From contig CAWFUU010000017.1 of NCBI GenBank assembly GCA_963819035.1, forward strand, positions 140,030 through 204,029: a stretch of 64,000 nt of DNA, read 5' to 3'. A model generated the notes under the pieces. The model was not told the origin of the DNA and searched no databases. It was given only the letters and a program-made list of their open reading frames with translations. Made by a program: the position numbers and the translations under genes. Shown here piece by piece: positions 1 to 8,281 of this stretch (position 1 is the stretch's first letter; the number at the start of each line of letters is the position of its first letter). Origin of the DNA: an uncultured Acidobacteriaceae bacterium. Its GTDB lineage: Bacteria; Acidobacteriota; Terriglobia; Terriglobales; Acidobacteriaceae.

Positions 1-603
1 GCTCGAAAAGTAATTGCTGAGTTGAATCTTCCGTGCCATCACTCCGATCACGGTGAAGCGAACGCCCGACACTTGCACCGTCTCACCCACCGCGGGACGC
101 CCGCTGAAGAGTTGCTCTTTCAGACGTCCGCCAAGAAAAATCACGCGCCGCCGTTCCAATTCGTCTTCAGCATTGATCCAGCGCCCTTCCGACGGAACTT
201 CATTCCGCATCTCGCCATACTCCGGACAAACTCCGCGCACCGGCGCCGTCCCTGCCATGCGGTCGCCGTAAGCGATCCCCGGACGCCTCACAGTTTCGAG
301 GCACACGTGTTTCACCAGTGGCGCCGTCTCCTTCACCATTTCGAGATCAGCTTGCTCGAGAACGACTTTCTTCCCCGCACGCTGGCCGCCCGGCTGCTCG
401 CTGGTCTGCTGCGGCCAGCAAATTACCACGCTCTTTCCGAAGGCGTCGAATCCATGCACCAGCACACTGCGGAAGCTGTTGCCATACGCGATCAGCAGCG
501 TCACGGTCGCGATGCCCCAGACAATCCCCAGCATGGTGAGCATGCTGCGCGTCACATTCCGTTTCAGCGCGATCCAGGCCTCGATAATGACTTCAATCAG
601 CAT
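1..603 (-). CDS. ABC transporter permease, MacB/FtsX-like, N-terminal part (3' end runs off the window)
   Basis: Absent from the ORF track because it has no stop in the window. Reverse-strand translation from ATG at 603 gives MLIEVIIEAWIALKRNVTRSMLTMLGIVWGIATVTLLIAYGNSF... This shows the same N-terminal TM helix plus periplasmic domain layout as the paralogue at 763-2022. Confidence 0.8.
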   Translation of the reverse strand, partial: MLIEVIIEAWIALKRNVTRSMLTMLGIVWGIATVTLLIAYGNSFRSVLVHGFDAFGKSVVICWPQQTSEQPGGQRAGKKVVLEQADLEMVKETAPLVKHVCLETVRRPGIAYGDRMAGTAPVRGVCPEYGEMRNEVPSEGRWINAEDELERRRVIFLGGRLKEQLFSGRPAVGETVQVSGVRFTVIGVMARKIQLSNYFSS

Positions 604-610
604 GACGAAT

Positions 611-755
611 CAGGTTTCAAGGTTTCAAAGTTGCAGGGTTTCAAGGAAGCGGAAACTTGTAGTGATGAAACGGAACACCTCATCCCGGAAAAACATTTTG
701 AACTCTGAAATCCTAAAACATCACAACCTTGAAACATTGAAACTTTGAAACCTTG
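611..755. repeat. Inverted arrays of GGTTTCAA / TTGAAACC units forming a long imperfect hairpin between the two permease genes
   Basis: Left arm 611-646 is caGGTTTCAAGGTTTCAAagttgcagGGTTTCAAgg. Right arm 725-755 is aaccTTGAAACaTTGAAACtTTGAAACCttg. The core AAGGTTTCAAAGTT / AACTTTGAAACCTT is reverse-complementary. Confidence 0.8.
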
Positions 756-762
756 TTCCTTC

Positions 763-2022
763 CTATCCTCCCGCCTCATACCGCAACGCCTCAATCGGAT
801 CAATCGACGCGGCCCTCCGCGCCGGATACAGCGCTGCCCCAACCGCAATCGTTCCCAACAACCCTGTCGCGATCAGGCCCGAGCCCCAACTCGGCAGCAG
901 CCCGGCAAAAAAGTCGGGCATGGGCAGCATGTTGACCAGCGCGCAAATGCCAAACGCCACACCCAGCCCGATCCCTCCACTCAAAAACGCAATGATCAGG
1001 GCCTCAATAAAAAACTGCCGCAGGATTGTTCCTGCCGGAGCGCCGATCGCCTTGCGCACTCCAATCTCCCGCGTCCGCTCGCGCACCGCCACCAGCATCA
1101 CGTTCATCACCCCAATGCCGCCCAGCAGCAGCGTTACAATTCCGACGGCTCCCAGGAAGAATTTCATTCCGTCGGTCATGGTCTTGAAGGCCTGCGCCTC
1201 CTGCACCGTATCCCAGATGGGACACGCTTCCTTGTCGCGCGGATCATAGCGATGCATGCGCGCCAGCGCCACCCGCACTTCATGCTTGCAGGCCTCGTGC
1301 TGCGCCACCGACTTCGGTGTCACCAGCAACTGGTCAAATGTCGAGTTCGTTCCCGGAGGTTTGTCGGGAAAATCGCGTCGCATCGCGGCAAAGGGAACGA
1401 AAACTTTGTTCACGTCCCAGCCGTCGTAGCTGGAGTCCTGCTTCTTCTTCGCCATGACTCCAACTACGACGTAAGGAAAGTCGTTCAGATAGATGTTCTC
1501 GCCTATCGGATTGCGCCCGGAAAACAACTGCTTGGCCGCGTCCGACCCGAGGAAGGCCACGCGTCTGGCCTCGCGCATGTCATCCCAGTCGTAGAAACGT
1601 CCCGCACCCACGTCGAGGCTGCGGATATAGGCAAACGCCGGATACGATCCCGTCACCGTAAATGCCGCATTGTTGAAGTTCGAATGCGTACGGACGGTGT
1701 CTTGTTCCAGCTCCGGGATGGCGTACTCGCAGTCCGGAGATTCCGCCTGCACCACCGGCACATCCTGATCTTCCCAATGCACGACGCGTCCCGAGTGGAT
1801 CCCGCCAGCCTGCAGGCTGGTGCGCCCGTGGAACACAATCATCACGTCCTTGCCCAGGTTCCGCGCTTGTTCTTCCTGGCCCTTGCGCAGTCCTTCGCCC
1901 GCCGCCACCATCAACACAATCGAGACAATGCCCCAGGCAATCCCGAACATGGTGAGGAAGGCCCGTAGCTTGTGCGCCCACAACGTTCGCAGTACGTCGA
2001 AGAGAAGGTCGCGGATCGTCAT
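763..2022 (-). CDS. ABC transporter permease, MacB/FtsX family
   Basis: ORF 763-2055. N-terminus MTIRDLLFDVLRTLWAHKLRAFLTMFGIAWGI, and a C-terminal FtsX-type 3-TM bundle (VMNVMLVAVRERTREIGVRKAIGA). Start placed at ATG 2022 (MTIRD). Confidence 0.85.
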   Translation of the reverse strand: MTIRDLLFDVLRTLWAHKLRAFLTMFGIAWGIVSIVLMVAAGEGLRKGQEEQARNLGKDVMIVFHGRTSLQAGGIHSGRVVHWEDQDVPVVQAESPDCEYAIPELEQDTVRTHSNFNNAAFTVTGSYPAFAYIRSLDVGAGRFYDWDDMREARRVAFLGSDAAKQLFSGRNPIGENIYLNDFPYVVVGVMAKKKQDSSYDGWDVNKVFVPFAAMRRDFPDKPPGTNSTFDQLLVTPKSVAQHEACKHEVRVALARMHRYDPRDKEACPIWDTVQEAQAFKTMTDGMKFFLGAVGIVTLLLGGIGVMNVMLVAVRERTREIGVRKAIGAPAGTILRQFFIEALIIAFLSGGIGLGVAFGICALVNMLPMPDFFAGLLPSWGSGLIATGLLGTIAVGAALYPARRAASIDPIEALRYEAGG

Positions 2023-2507
2023 GGCGTACTTGTGATCACTGTAGTTTGGACGCAACCGAAGAGCGAAGGTAAGCCCTTCAACGGCTCGCCCTTAGCGGGA
2101 AAGACCGCCTCATCGTCATGCTAGAGAATCCCGACACCGATCGGCGGTGACTCGCATCACACCGCGTGGTCGAATTCGCGGTGCTGCAGGATGTTACGAA
2201 GGTTTCGAGCAAAATGTTGCGAAAAACCTGAGTCTGCCCATTGTTTTCCGACCACTCCTTGAGCTCAGCGGTTGAAAGCTCCCCTCAAAATAGGTTAACG
2301 TTACTTACTTTCTCCTCCCCCGAAAGCAGACGAATCCGTTTACACCCGGTGAAGAAAAGTCGAACGGGCATCCATTTGACGGCCGGAAAACTATCTGGCC
2401 TCATTCGCTCAAGGGACTGTTGACACCGCCGGGGATGTGTTCGGCTCGCATTCTGCCGATTTAGGGGGAAGCCTGATGTTGCCGCAACTTAGTTTCAGGA
2501 GGCCGCG

Positions 2508-3939
2508 ATGAAGTCCCACGTCTTGTTGACAATCGAAGCGACGCGCAAGCGTTTCCTCGCCAGGTTGGGCAGACACCTTTTACTTCTGCCCCTGCTCGCG
2601 ATGGTGGCGAGCCCGCACGCCCTACGGGCGCAATCGGGGCAGTCCGCGACTCCCGACCCGCAGACGCTGCAGGCACTCATCCAGCGGATTGATCAGCTCG
2701 AAGCCAGAGTCCGGCAACTGGAGGCGGCCCAGCGGCAATCCGCACCGGCGGCCACACTCTCAACCCCGCAGCAACCCGCCTCTGCGCCTTCCCAGGCGAC
2801 TCCACCGCCGACCTCGCCCGCCACCTCGCTCTCCGAACCAGCCCAAGCGAACCCTCCTCAGGAACATGAAGCCGAACCGACCGAACATGCGGAGACCGAG
2901 CGCATGGACCTGAGCAAAACCTTGCTGCGCATCCGCGGCTTCGGTGACGTAAACCTGCACGGCGACAACTATCACCCACCGGCTCCACTGCAGCCAGACA
3001 ATACGACTTTTACGCTGGGACAGTTGAATCTGTTTGTGACCTCCGACATCTCCGACAAGTTCAAGTTCCTGAGCGAGATTGTCTTTGAAGCTGGCCCGGA
3101 CAACATCTACGGCCAGACCCGAGGAGTAGCGAACACTTTCGGCGTGGACGTGGAGCGCTATCTGCTGACGTATTCCTCCAATGATTACTTCAGCCTGTCT
3201 GCCGGCCGCTACCACACCGCGATTGGTTATTACAACACCGCTTATCACCACAGCACATGGTTGCAGACGACAACCGGACGGCCGCTGCTCTTCGCCTTTG
3301 AGGACCAGGGCGGCATTTTACCCATCCACAACGTTGGCGTGGAGGCTCACGGGAGGATACCCTCCGGATCTCTGGGATTGCACTACGTTGCCGAGATCGG
3401 CAACGGCCGTGAATCGCGAGATCCCATCGGGGAAGAACCGGTCCAGAACATAATCACAGACAAGAACCACAAGGCTTTCAACCTCGCTGTCTTCGCGCGT
3501 CCCACAAAGGTTCCAGGGCTGCAAGTTGGCTTTTCGGTTTACAAGGATCAACTGGTCCCGTTCGGAAAGCCAACGCGTCGGCGAGACCATTCTGGCAGCT
3601 CACGCGATTTACTCTTCCACCAATTTCGAGTGGCTCAATGAATCCCTGGTGATTCGCCACGCGCCGACCGGCCTGGGACATGTATTTGATACACCCGGCT
3701 TCTACAGCCAGATTTCACGCCGCTTCGGTTCCTACCGACCCTATTTCCGCTATCAGTACATCAACGCCTCGTCCAATGAGCCGATCTTCCCCGACATTGG
3801 CCTTCGTGCCGGCCCCTCGGCGGGCGTGCGTTATGATGCCAGCGAATCGGTGGCGCTCAAGCTACAGTACGACTTCACCTCCTTGCGGGACCAGCGTGCG
3901 ACCCAGGGTGCTCAGGCGCAGATAGGATTTACCTTCTGA
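2508..3939 (+). CDS. Outer-membrane porin-like beta-barrel (porin O/P-like); reading frame broken once
   Basis: ORFs 2508-3641 and 3526-3939 are two halves of one protein. It has a signal peptide, a coiled coil (IQRIDQLEARVRQLEAAQ) and a beta-rich body, and the second ORF ends in IGFTF (OM-barrel C-terminal Phe). The +1 frame change falls near 3555-3580. AGGAGG lies just upstream of ATG 2508. Confidence 0.7.
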
Positions 3940-3953
3940 AAAAGGCCGAATCC

Positions 3954-4472
3954 ATGATCCGTCGTACGACCACGATTCTGCTGGTCCTGGCTGCGGCCGC
4001 GCTCCTGCGGGCGGCCCCGGAAGCCCGCTTGGCAACTTCGCCGCCCAAGCAGGAGAGTCTGGCCATCATCGTCAACCAGTCCAATCCGGTGGACGACCTC
4101 TCGTTGGTCGAACTCCGGGCTGTTTTTCTGGGAGAGCGTAGCCACTGGCCCAACGGACGCAGAATCACACTGGTAATGATGGAGCAGGGACAACCGGAAC
4201 GGGAGGCCATTCTGCGTGAGATCTGTCGCCTGAGCGAGTCTGACTTCCGCCGCCGCATTCTGCAGGGTTTGTTCACCGGTGAAGTTCTGGTTTCTCCCAA
4301 GACCCTGGCAACTCCGGTGGGAGTTCGCAAGTTCGTATTCAACGTGCCTGGGGCGATTGGCTATCTGCGTCCCGAAGACGTGGATGCGTCGGTCAAAGTG
4401 ATTCGCGTCGATGGCCACCTGCCCAGCGATGCCGAGTACGCTTTGCGCATCCCCGAGCGTCCGGAGAGGTAG
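3954..4472 (+). CDS. Small periplasmic PstS-like (PBP-like) substrate-binding domain protein
   Basis: Signal peptide MIRRTTTILLVLAAAALL. Motifs AIIVNQSNPVDDLSLVELRAVFLGERSHWPNG and GAIGYL are typical of phosphate-binding-protein-like domains. Confidence 0.6.
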   Translation: MIRRTTTILLVLAAAALLRAAPEARLATSPPKQESLAIIVNQSNPVDDLSLVELRAVFLGERSHWPNGRRITLVMMEQGQPEREAILREICRLSESDFRRRILQGLFTGEVLVSPKTLATPVGVRKFVFNVPGAIGYLRPEDVDASVKVIRVDGHLPSDAEYALRIPERPER

Positions 4473-4473
4473 G

Positions 4474-5994
4474 ATGAGCCAGCGAATCCAACCCACAGCG
4501 TCAGGCGGAGCGGCGTCGTTTGCCCCGCGCGTGGGAACCAAGCCGACTTTTCTCTCCCGTTATAGCTCCGCACTCCTGCTGTTGCTCGTGGTCGGCCTGG
4601 AAGCCTTTGTCGTCCGCTTCGTGATTCGTGATTTTCGCTCCGCCAATAGCGAAGTGCAAAGGATGTATGCCTGGTCCGTGCTCGGATTACGCCGGATTGG
4701 TGGCCTCCAGTATGACGCTCAGGAAACGCGCCGCAGCACCCTCTACGCGCTGACTACCAATGACAGCAACCTCCAGGTCGAATACGCCGACCAGTCCCGC
4801 GAAGCCGACCGCCGGGTCACGGAAGGAATTGCCGAGTATCTGCAACAGGCCCAATTGCCGCGTGAAGTGGACCTCGGTCAACGCCTACAGCGAGACTGGC
4901 TGGCGTATCTTGGCGTCCGCAACGAGGTCTTGGCCTCCATCCTCGAAGGCAGCACCAAAGAAGCCGTGGCACTCGACCTGTCGCAGGGAGTTCCGCTGTT
5001 CGATCGTGTGCGCCAGGACCTGGAAGAGACCCAGCGCGTCTATGACGAACAGGCGTCGCAGCGGCTCGCCAATGTGGCCACCCTGGCCAGCCGCTCGGTC
5101 ATCCGCTTGGTCGGAGTGCTCTTATGCACGGTCGTCCTGGTCAGCGTTTTCGTGTGGGTGCTGCAGAAGAGCAAAATGATGAGCACCCTCCAACTGGCCC
5201 GAATGCAGATGGATTTTGCGGCTTCGGTCTCGCATGAACTGCGCACTCCGCTGGCGGTTCTTTGTTCGGCGGTGGACAATATTGCCGACGGGGTCGTCAC
5301 CGGGAAAGAGCAGATGGCCAAGTATGGTGCAGTCATCCGCAACCAGTCTCGCCAGATCAATGGCTTGGTCAATCAGGTCATCCTGTTTGCCGCTACCCAG
5401 GATGGCAAGGGGCGCTACACGATGCGGCCGCTTACCGTGGCAGAAGTCGTCGAATCCGCCGTGACCGGCACCATGGAATTGGTCCACAAGGCTGGATTTA
5501 CCATGGAACAGCATATTGCGCCGTCGCTGCCGCGGGTGCTTGGTGATTCGACCGCACTGTCGCAATGCCTTCAGAATCTGATCACCAATGCTCTCAAGTA
5601 CGGCGATCAAGGCCGCTGGATTTCGATTTGCGCAACTTGCGAAGAATCCAAAGACCATCATCCCGAGGTCCGAATCAGTGTCCTCGACCGCGGGAAGGGA
5701 ATCGACCGCTCCGAGTTGCCCCACATCTTCGAGCCTTTTTATCGCAGCCCGGCCGTCGTGGCCGATCAGATTCACGGCACCGGCTTGGGATTGCCCATCG
5801 CAAAAAGCCTGGCGGAGGCCATGGGGGGGCGGCTCTCGGTATCGAGCGAAGTCGGCGTGGGAAGCATTTTTACCCTGCACCTGCCGGTGATCGAAGAGAT
5901 TAACGAGGAACCGACCGCAGAGCCAGACATCACAGACGAAGACATCGCGGCGCAAGACATCAACCAGCCCGGCCGCGGGCGGGAAGGACCATGA
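4474..5994 (+). CDS. Membrane sensor histidine kinase (HisKA + HATPase_c)
   Basis: ORF 4411-5994. Start moved to ATG 4474, which lies after GGAGAGG and one nt past the upstream stop. H-box FAASVSHELRTPLAV, N-box NLITNALKYG, G-box GTGLGLPIAKSL, and two hydrophobic segments. Confidence 0.85.
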   Translation: MSQRIQPTASGGAASFAPRVGTKPTFLSRYSSALLLLLVVGLEAFVVRFVIRDFRSANSEVQRMYAWSVLGLRRIGGLQYDAQETRRSTLYALTTNDSNLQVEYADQSREADRRVTEGIAEYLQQAQLPREVDLGQRLQRDWLAYLGVRNEVLASILEGSTKEAVALDLSQGVPLFDRVRQDLEETQRVYDEQASQRLANVATLASRSVIRLVGVLLCTVVLVSVFVWVLQKSKMMSTLQLARMQMDFAASVSHELRTPLAVLCSAVDNIADGVVTGKEQMAKYGAVIRNQSRQINGLVNQVILFAATQDGKGRYTMRPLTVAEVVESAVTGTMELVHKAGFTMEQHIAPSLPRVLGDSTALSQCLQNLITNALKYGDQGRWISICATCEESKDHHPEVRISVLDRGKGIDRSELPHIFEPFYRSPAVVADQIHGTGLGLPIAKSLAEAMGGRLSVSSEVGVGSIFTLHLPVIEEINEEPTAEPDITDEDIAAQDINQPGRGREGP

Positions 5995-6001
5995 CCCGGC
6001 C

Positions 6002-6682
6002 ATGAACGAAAACATTCTGCTGGTCGAAGACGAGGAAGCGCTACGCATGACGCTGAGCGACCGCCTGCGCAGCGAAGGCTACGTGGTGGACTTTGCCGCC
6101 GACGGGGAAGAAGGCCTCAACAAGGCCACGGGCCTGCCCTTCGACCTCATCATCCTCGACGTCATGCTCCCGCATCGCAGCGGGTTCGACATCTGCCGCG
6201 ATATTCGCACCGCCGGGCTTGCTACTCCGATCCTGGTGCTCACCGCCCGCGATCAAACCATGGACAAGGTGCTGGGCCTCAAGCTCGGGGCGGATGACTA
6301 CGTCACGAAACCTTTCGACACTCTTGAACTCATGGCCCGCATCGAGGCCCTGTTGCGGCGGGTCCCCGGCCGGACCACTCAAACCGTTTACCAGTTGGGC
6401 CCGATACGGATGGATGTTTTGGGCACGGAAGTTACGCGCGATGGCAAGCCCGTGCTGCTATCCGCTCGCGAATTCCAACTCCTGCGTCATTTTATGGAAC
6501 ACCCGGGAGTGACTCTTTCTCGCAGCGAACTCTTGCACGAGGTATGGGGCTACGAAGATGGCACTTTCACTCGCACCGTTGACGTCCACATCGCAAGTCT
6601 CCGGCAGAAACTGGAGAAGGATCCCAAGCGCCCCGAACTGATCCTTACTATCCCAGGCATGGGCTACAAGTTCAAGCCGTAA
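6002..6682 (+). CDS. OmpR/PhoB-family response regulator
   Basis: Receiver motifs LLVEDEE, LIILDVMLP, VLTAR and YVTKPF, plus a winged-helix C-terminus (REFQLLRHFMEHPGVTLSR...GMGYKF). Confidence 0.9.
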   Translation: MNENILLVEDEEALRMTLSDRLRSEGYVVDFAADGEEGLNKATGLPFDLIILDVMLPHRSGFDICRDIRTAGLATPILVLTARDQTMDKVLGLKLGADDYVTKPFDTLELMARIEALLRRVPGRTTQTVYQLGPIRMDVLGTEVTRDGKPVLLSAREFQLLRHFMEHPGVTLSRSELLHEVWGYEDGTFTRTVDVHIASLRQKLEKDPKRPELILTIPGMGYKFKP

Positions 6683-6733
6683 GAACGCGGCTTCGCAAGC
6701 GATCCGCCTGCGTGGTTCGCTCCTTCCCGGAAC

Positions 6734-6964
6734 TCACCGCTTGCTTTGCGGGTGCAGAGCGGCCATCGCCTTTTCGTGATGTTCCTCGGTGTACCAGGTG
6801 GGCGCGTACTGCTCGAGCAGATCTTGCAACTCCGAAAGTACGCCCACCAGACGGGCGCGGTCCAACTCCGTTTCGGACTTGTAACTCAGGAGCTCAGAAG
6901 CGTCGGGAGAATTCTTGCTCTTCATCGTGCGATTTCCGTTTGATCCCATGAACGAAGTCATCAT
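6734..6964 (-). CDS. Small hypothetical protein (76 aa)
   Basis: ORF with AAGGAG 5 nt upstream of ATGATG. The sequence is non-repetitive and helix-like (ELDRARLVGVLSELQDLLEQYAPTWYTEEHHEKA). Confidence 0.45.
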   Translation of the reverse strand: MMTSFMGSNGNRTMKSKNSPDASELLSYKSETELDRARLVGVLSELQDLLEQYAPTWYTEEHHEKAMAALHPQSKR

Positions 6965-7284
6965 CGTCGCTCCTTACCGTTGCCCGCCGCGAATCAAGTC
7001 GTGCGCATATGGCGCATGGCTGCGCGAGTGGCCGACGAGGGTACTGTTCCTTTTATTTAACCCTGCTTGACGATGGCTGGCCGTAAAAACTTGTAACGGA
7101 GGTGTAAATTCGTTGTAAGTCTTACCGTCACAAATCTTTACAACTTGTGCGCAAGTTGCTGGAGAGCAAGTAACTCTTCGTTTCTTGCTTGCCGTTGCTC
7201 AAACAACTGGCGAGCCAGCAGGTCCTTCCGGTACCATCACACGTCGAAGCTTACTGCTGGAACGTTTGTGCTGCGAACTCTTGC

Positions 7285-8190
7285 ATGACATCTTTGAAGC
7301 CCCTGCCGATCCAACGTAGCATCAGACTGCGTGTTTCCGCCGTTGCCCTCGCACTCCTCGCCGGCCCCGGCCTTTTTGCCAAGAACGCGACCCAAGTCGT
7401 GGTGGTTCCGGTCGCAAACATGTATTCGGCCCCAACCGACAAGTCTGACGTCGTTTCACAGGCGATCTATGCCAGCAACGTGACTCTGCTGACGGCTCGC
7501 GGAGAATGGTCGAGGATCCAGACCGAAGACCACTACAAGGGCTGGACTCCCAGCCGCTACCTTCGCCTGGTTCAAAGCGGAGCCGGCTATGCCACGGCAG
7601 GACAGACTGTCCAGGTAGAAAGTCTGTTCGCCAACGTCTATAACGAGCCCGACGTCGCCCGCCACAAGCCCGTTATTACGATTCCATTCGAATCGCACCT
7701 TGAAGTCATCGCGGAAGGTAAGGGAAGCGACGAAGGCTGGCTGCAGGTTCGCCTGCCCGACAAACGTTCCGCGTGGATTCAATCCGGTGATGTGGTCTCC
7801 GACCTCAAGCCGCTAGCCATCCCGCAATCGATCGAACTCGCCAAACGCTTTCTCGGTCTGCCTTACCTGTGGGGCGGACGATCCACCTTCGGTTTCGACT
7901 GCTCCGGCTTTACCCAAATGCTGCTGCGCTCCCGTGGCGTCAATATGCCTCGTGATGCCGATCAGCAAGCCGCCTGGAAAGGTCTGACGCCAGTCGAGCG
8001 CAAGGATCTCCAACCTGGCGACCTCCTGTTCTTCGGCTCCGCGCCGGCAAAAATCACGCACACCGGCATGTACATCGGCGACGGCCAATTCATTCACGCT
8101 CCCACCAACGGCCATCCCGTAGTGCAAATCAGTCGCGTCGACGACACCCCCTGGGCGAAGCTTCTCGTAGGCTGCCGCCGCGCGAAATAA
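7285..8190 (+). CDS. NlpC/P60 (C40) cell-wall peptidase with SH3-like N-terminal domains
   Basis: Catalytic-Cys motif YLWGGRSTFGFDCSGFTQ and HTGMYIGDGQFIHAP. Signal peptide begins at ATG 7285 (MTSLKPLPIQRSIRLRVSAVALALLA). Confidence 0.85.
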   Translation: MTSLKPLPIQRSIRLRVSAVALALLAGPGLFAKNATQVVVVPVANMYSAPTDKSDVVSQAIYASNVTLLTARGEWSRIQTEDHYKGWTPSRYLRLVQSGAGYATAGQTVQVESLFANVYNEPDVARHKPVITIPFESHLEVIAEGKGSDEGWLQVRLPDKRSAWIQSGDVVSDLKPLAIPQSIELAKRFLGLPYLWGGRSTFGFDCSGFTQMLLRSRGVNMPRDADQQAAWKGLTPVERKDLQPGDLLFFGSAPAKITHTGMYIGDGQFIHAPTNGHPVVQISRVDDTPWAKLLVGCRRAK

Positions 8191-8198
8191 GCTGGGTG

Positions 8199-8240
8199 CC
8201 CCGTCCTTGTCCCTGCGTTTTCTGCAGGGACAGGGCGGGG
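8199..8240 (+). terminator. Hairpin after the NlpC/P60 gene (also carries the GGGTGCCCCGTCC repeat motif)
   Basis: ccccgtccttgtccctgc-gttttct-gcagggacagggcgggg followed by aattt. The stem is imperfect and the T tract weak. Confidence 0.4.
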
Positions 8241-8281
8241 AATTTGACTCTCCATGCGCTACACTAGCCAGCCGGGAACCC

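Noticed and set aside
22-708. 228-aa plus-strand ORF at the window start
   Set aside because: It is antisense to a clear MacB-like permease N-terminus (reverse strand 1-603). Its composition is Arg/His/Pro-rich, typical of shadow ORFs in high-GC DNA.
745-1968. 407-aa plus-strand ORF
   Set aside because: Shadow ORF opposite the FtsX/MacB permease gene 763-2022, with no motifs.
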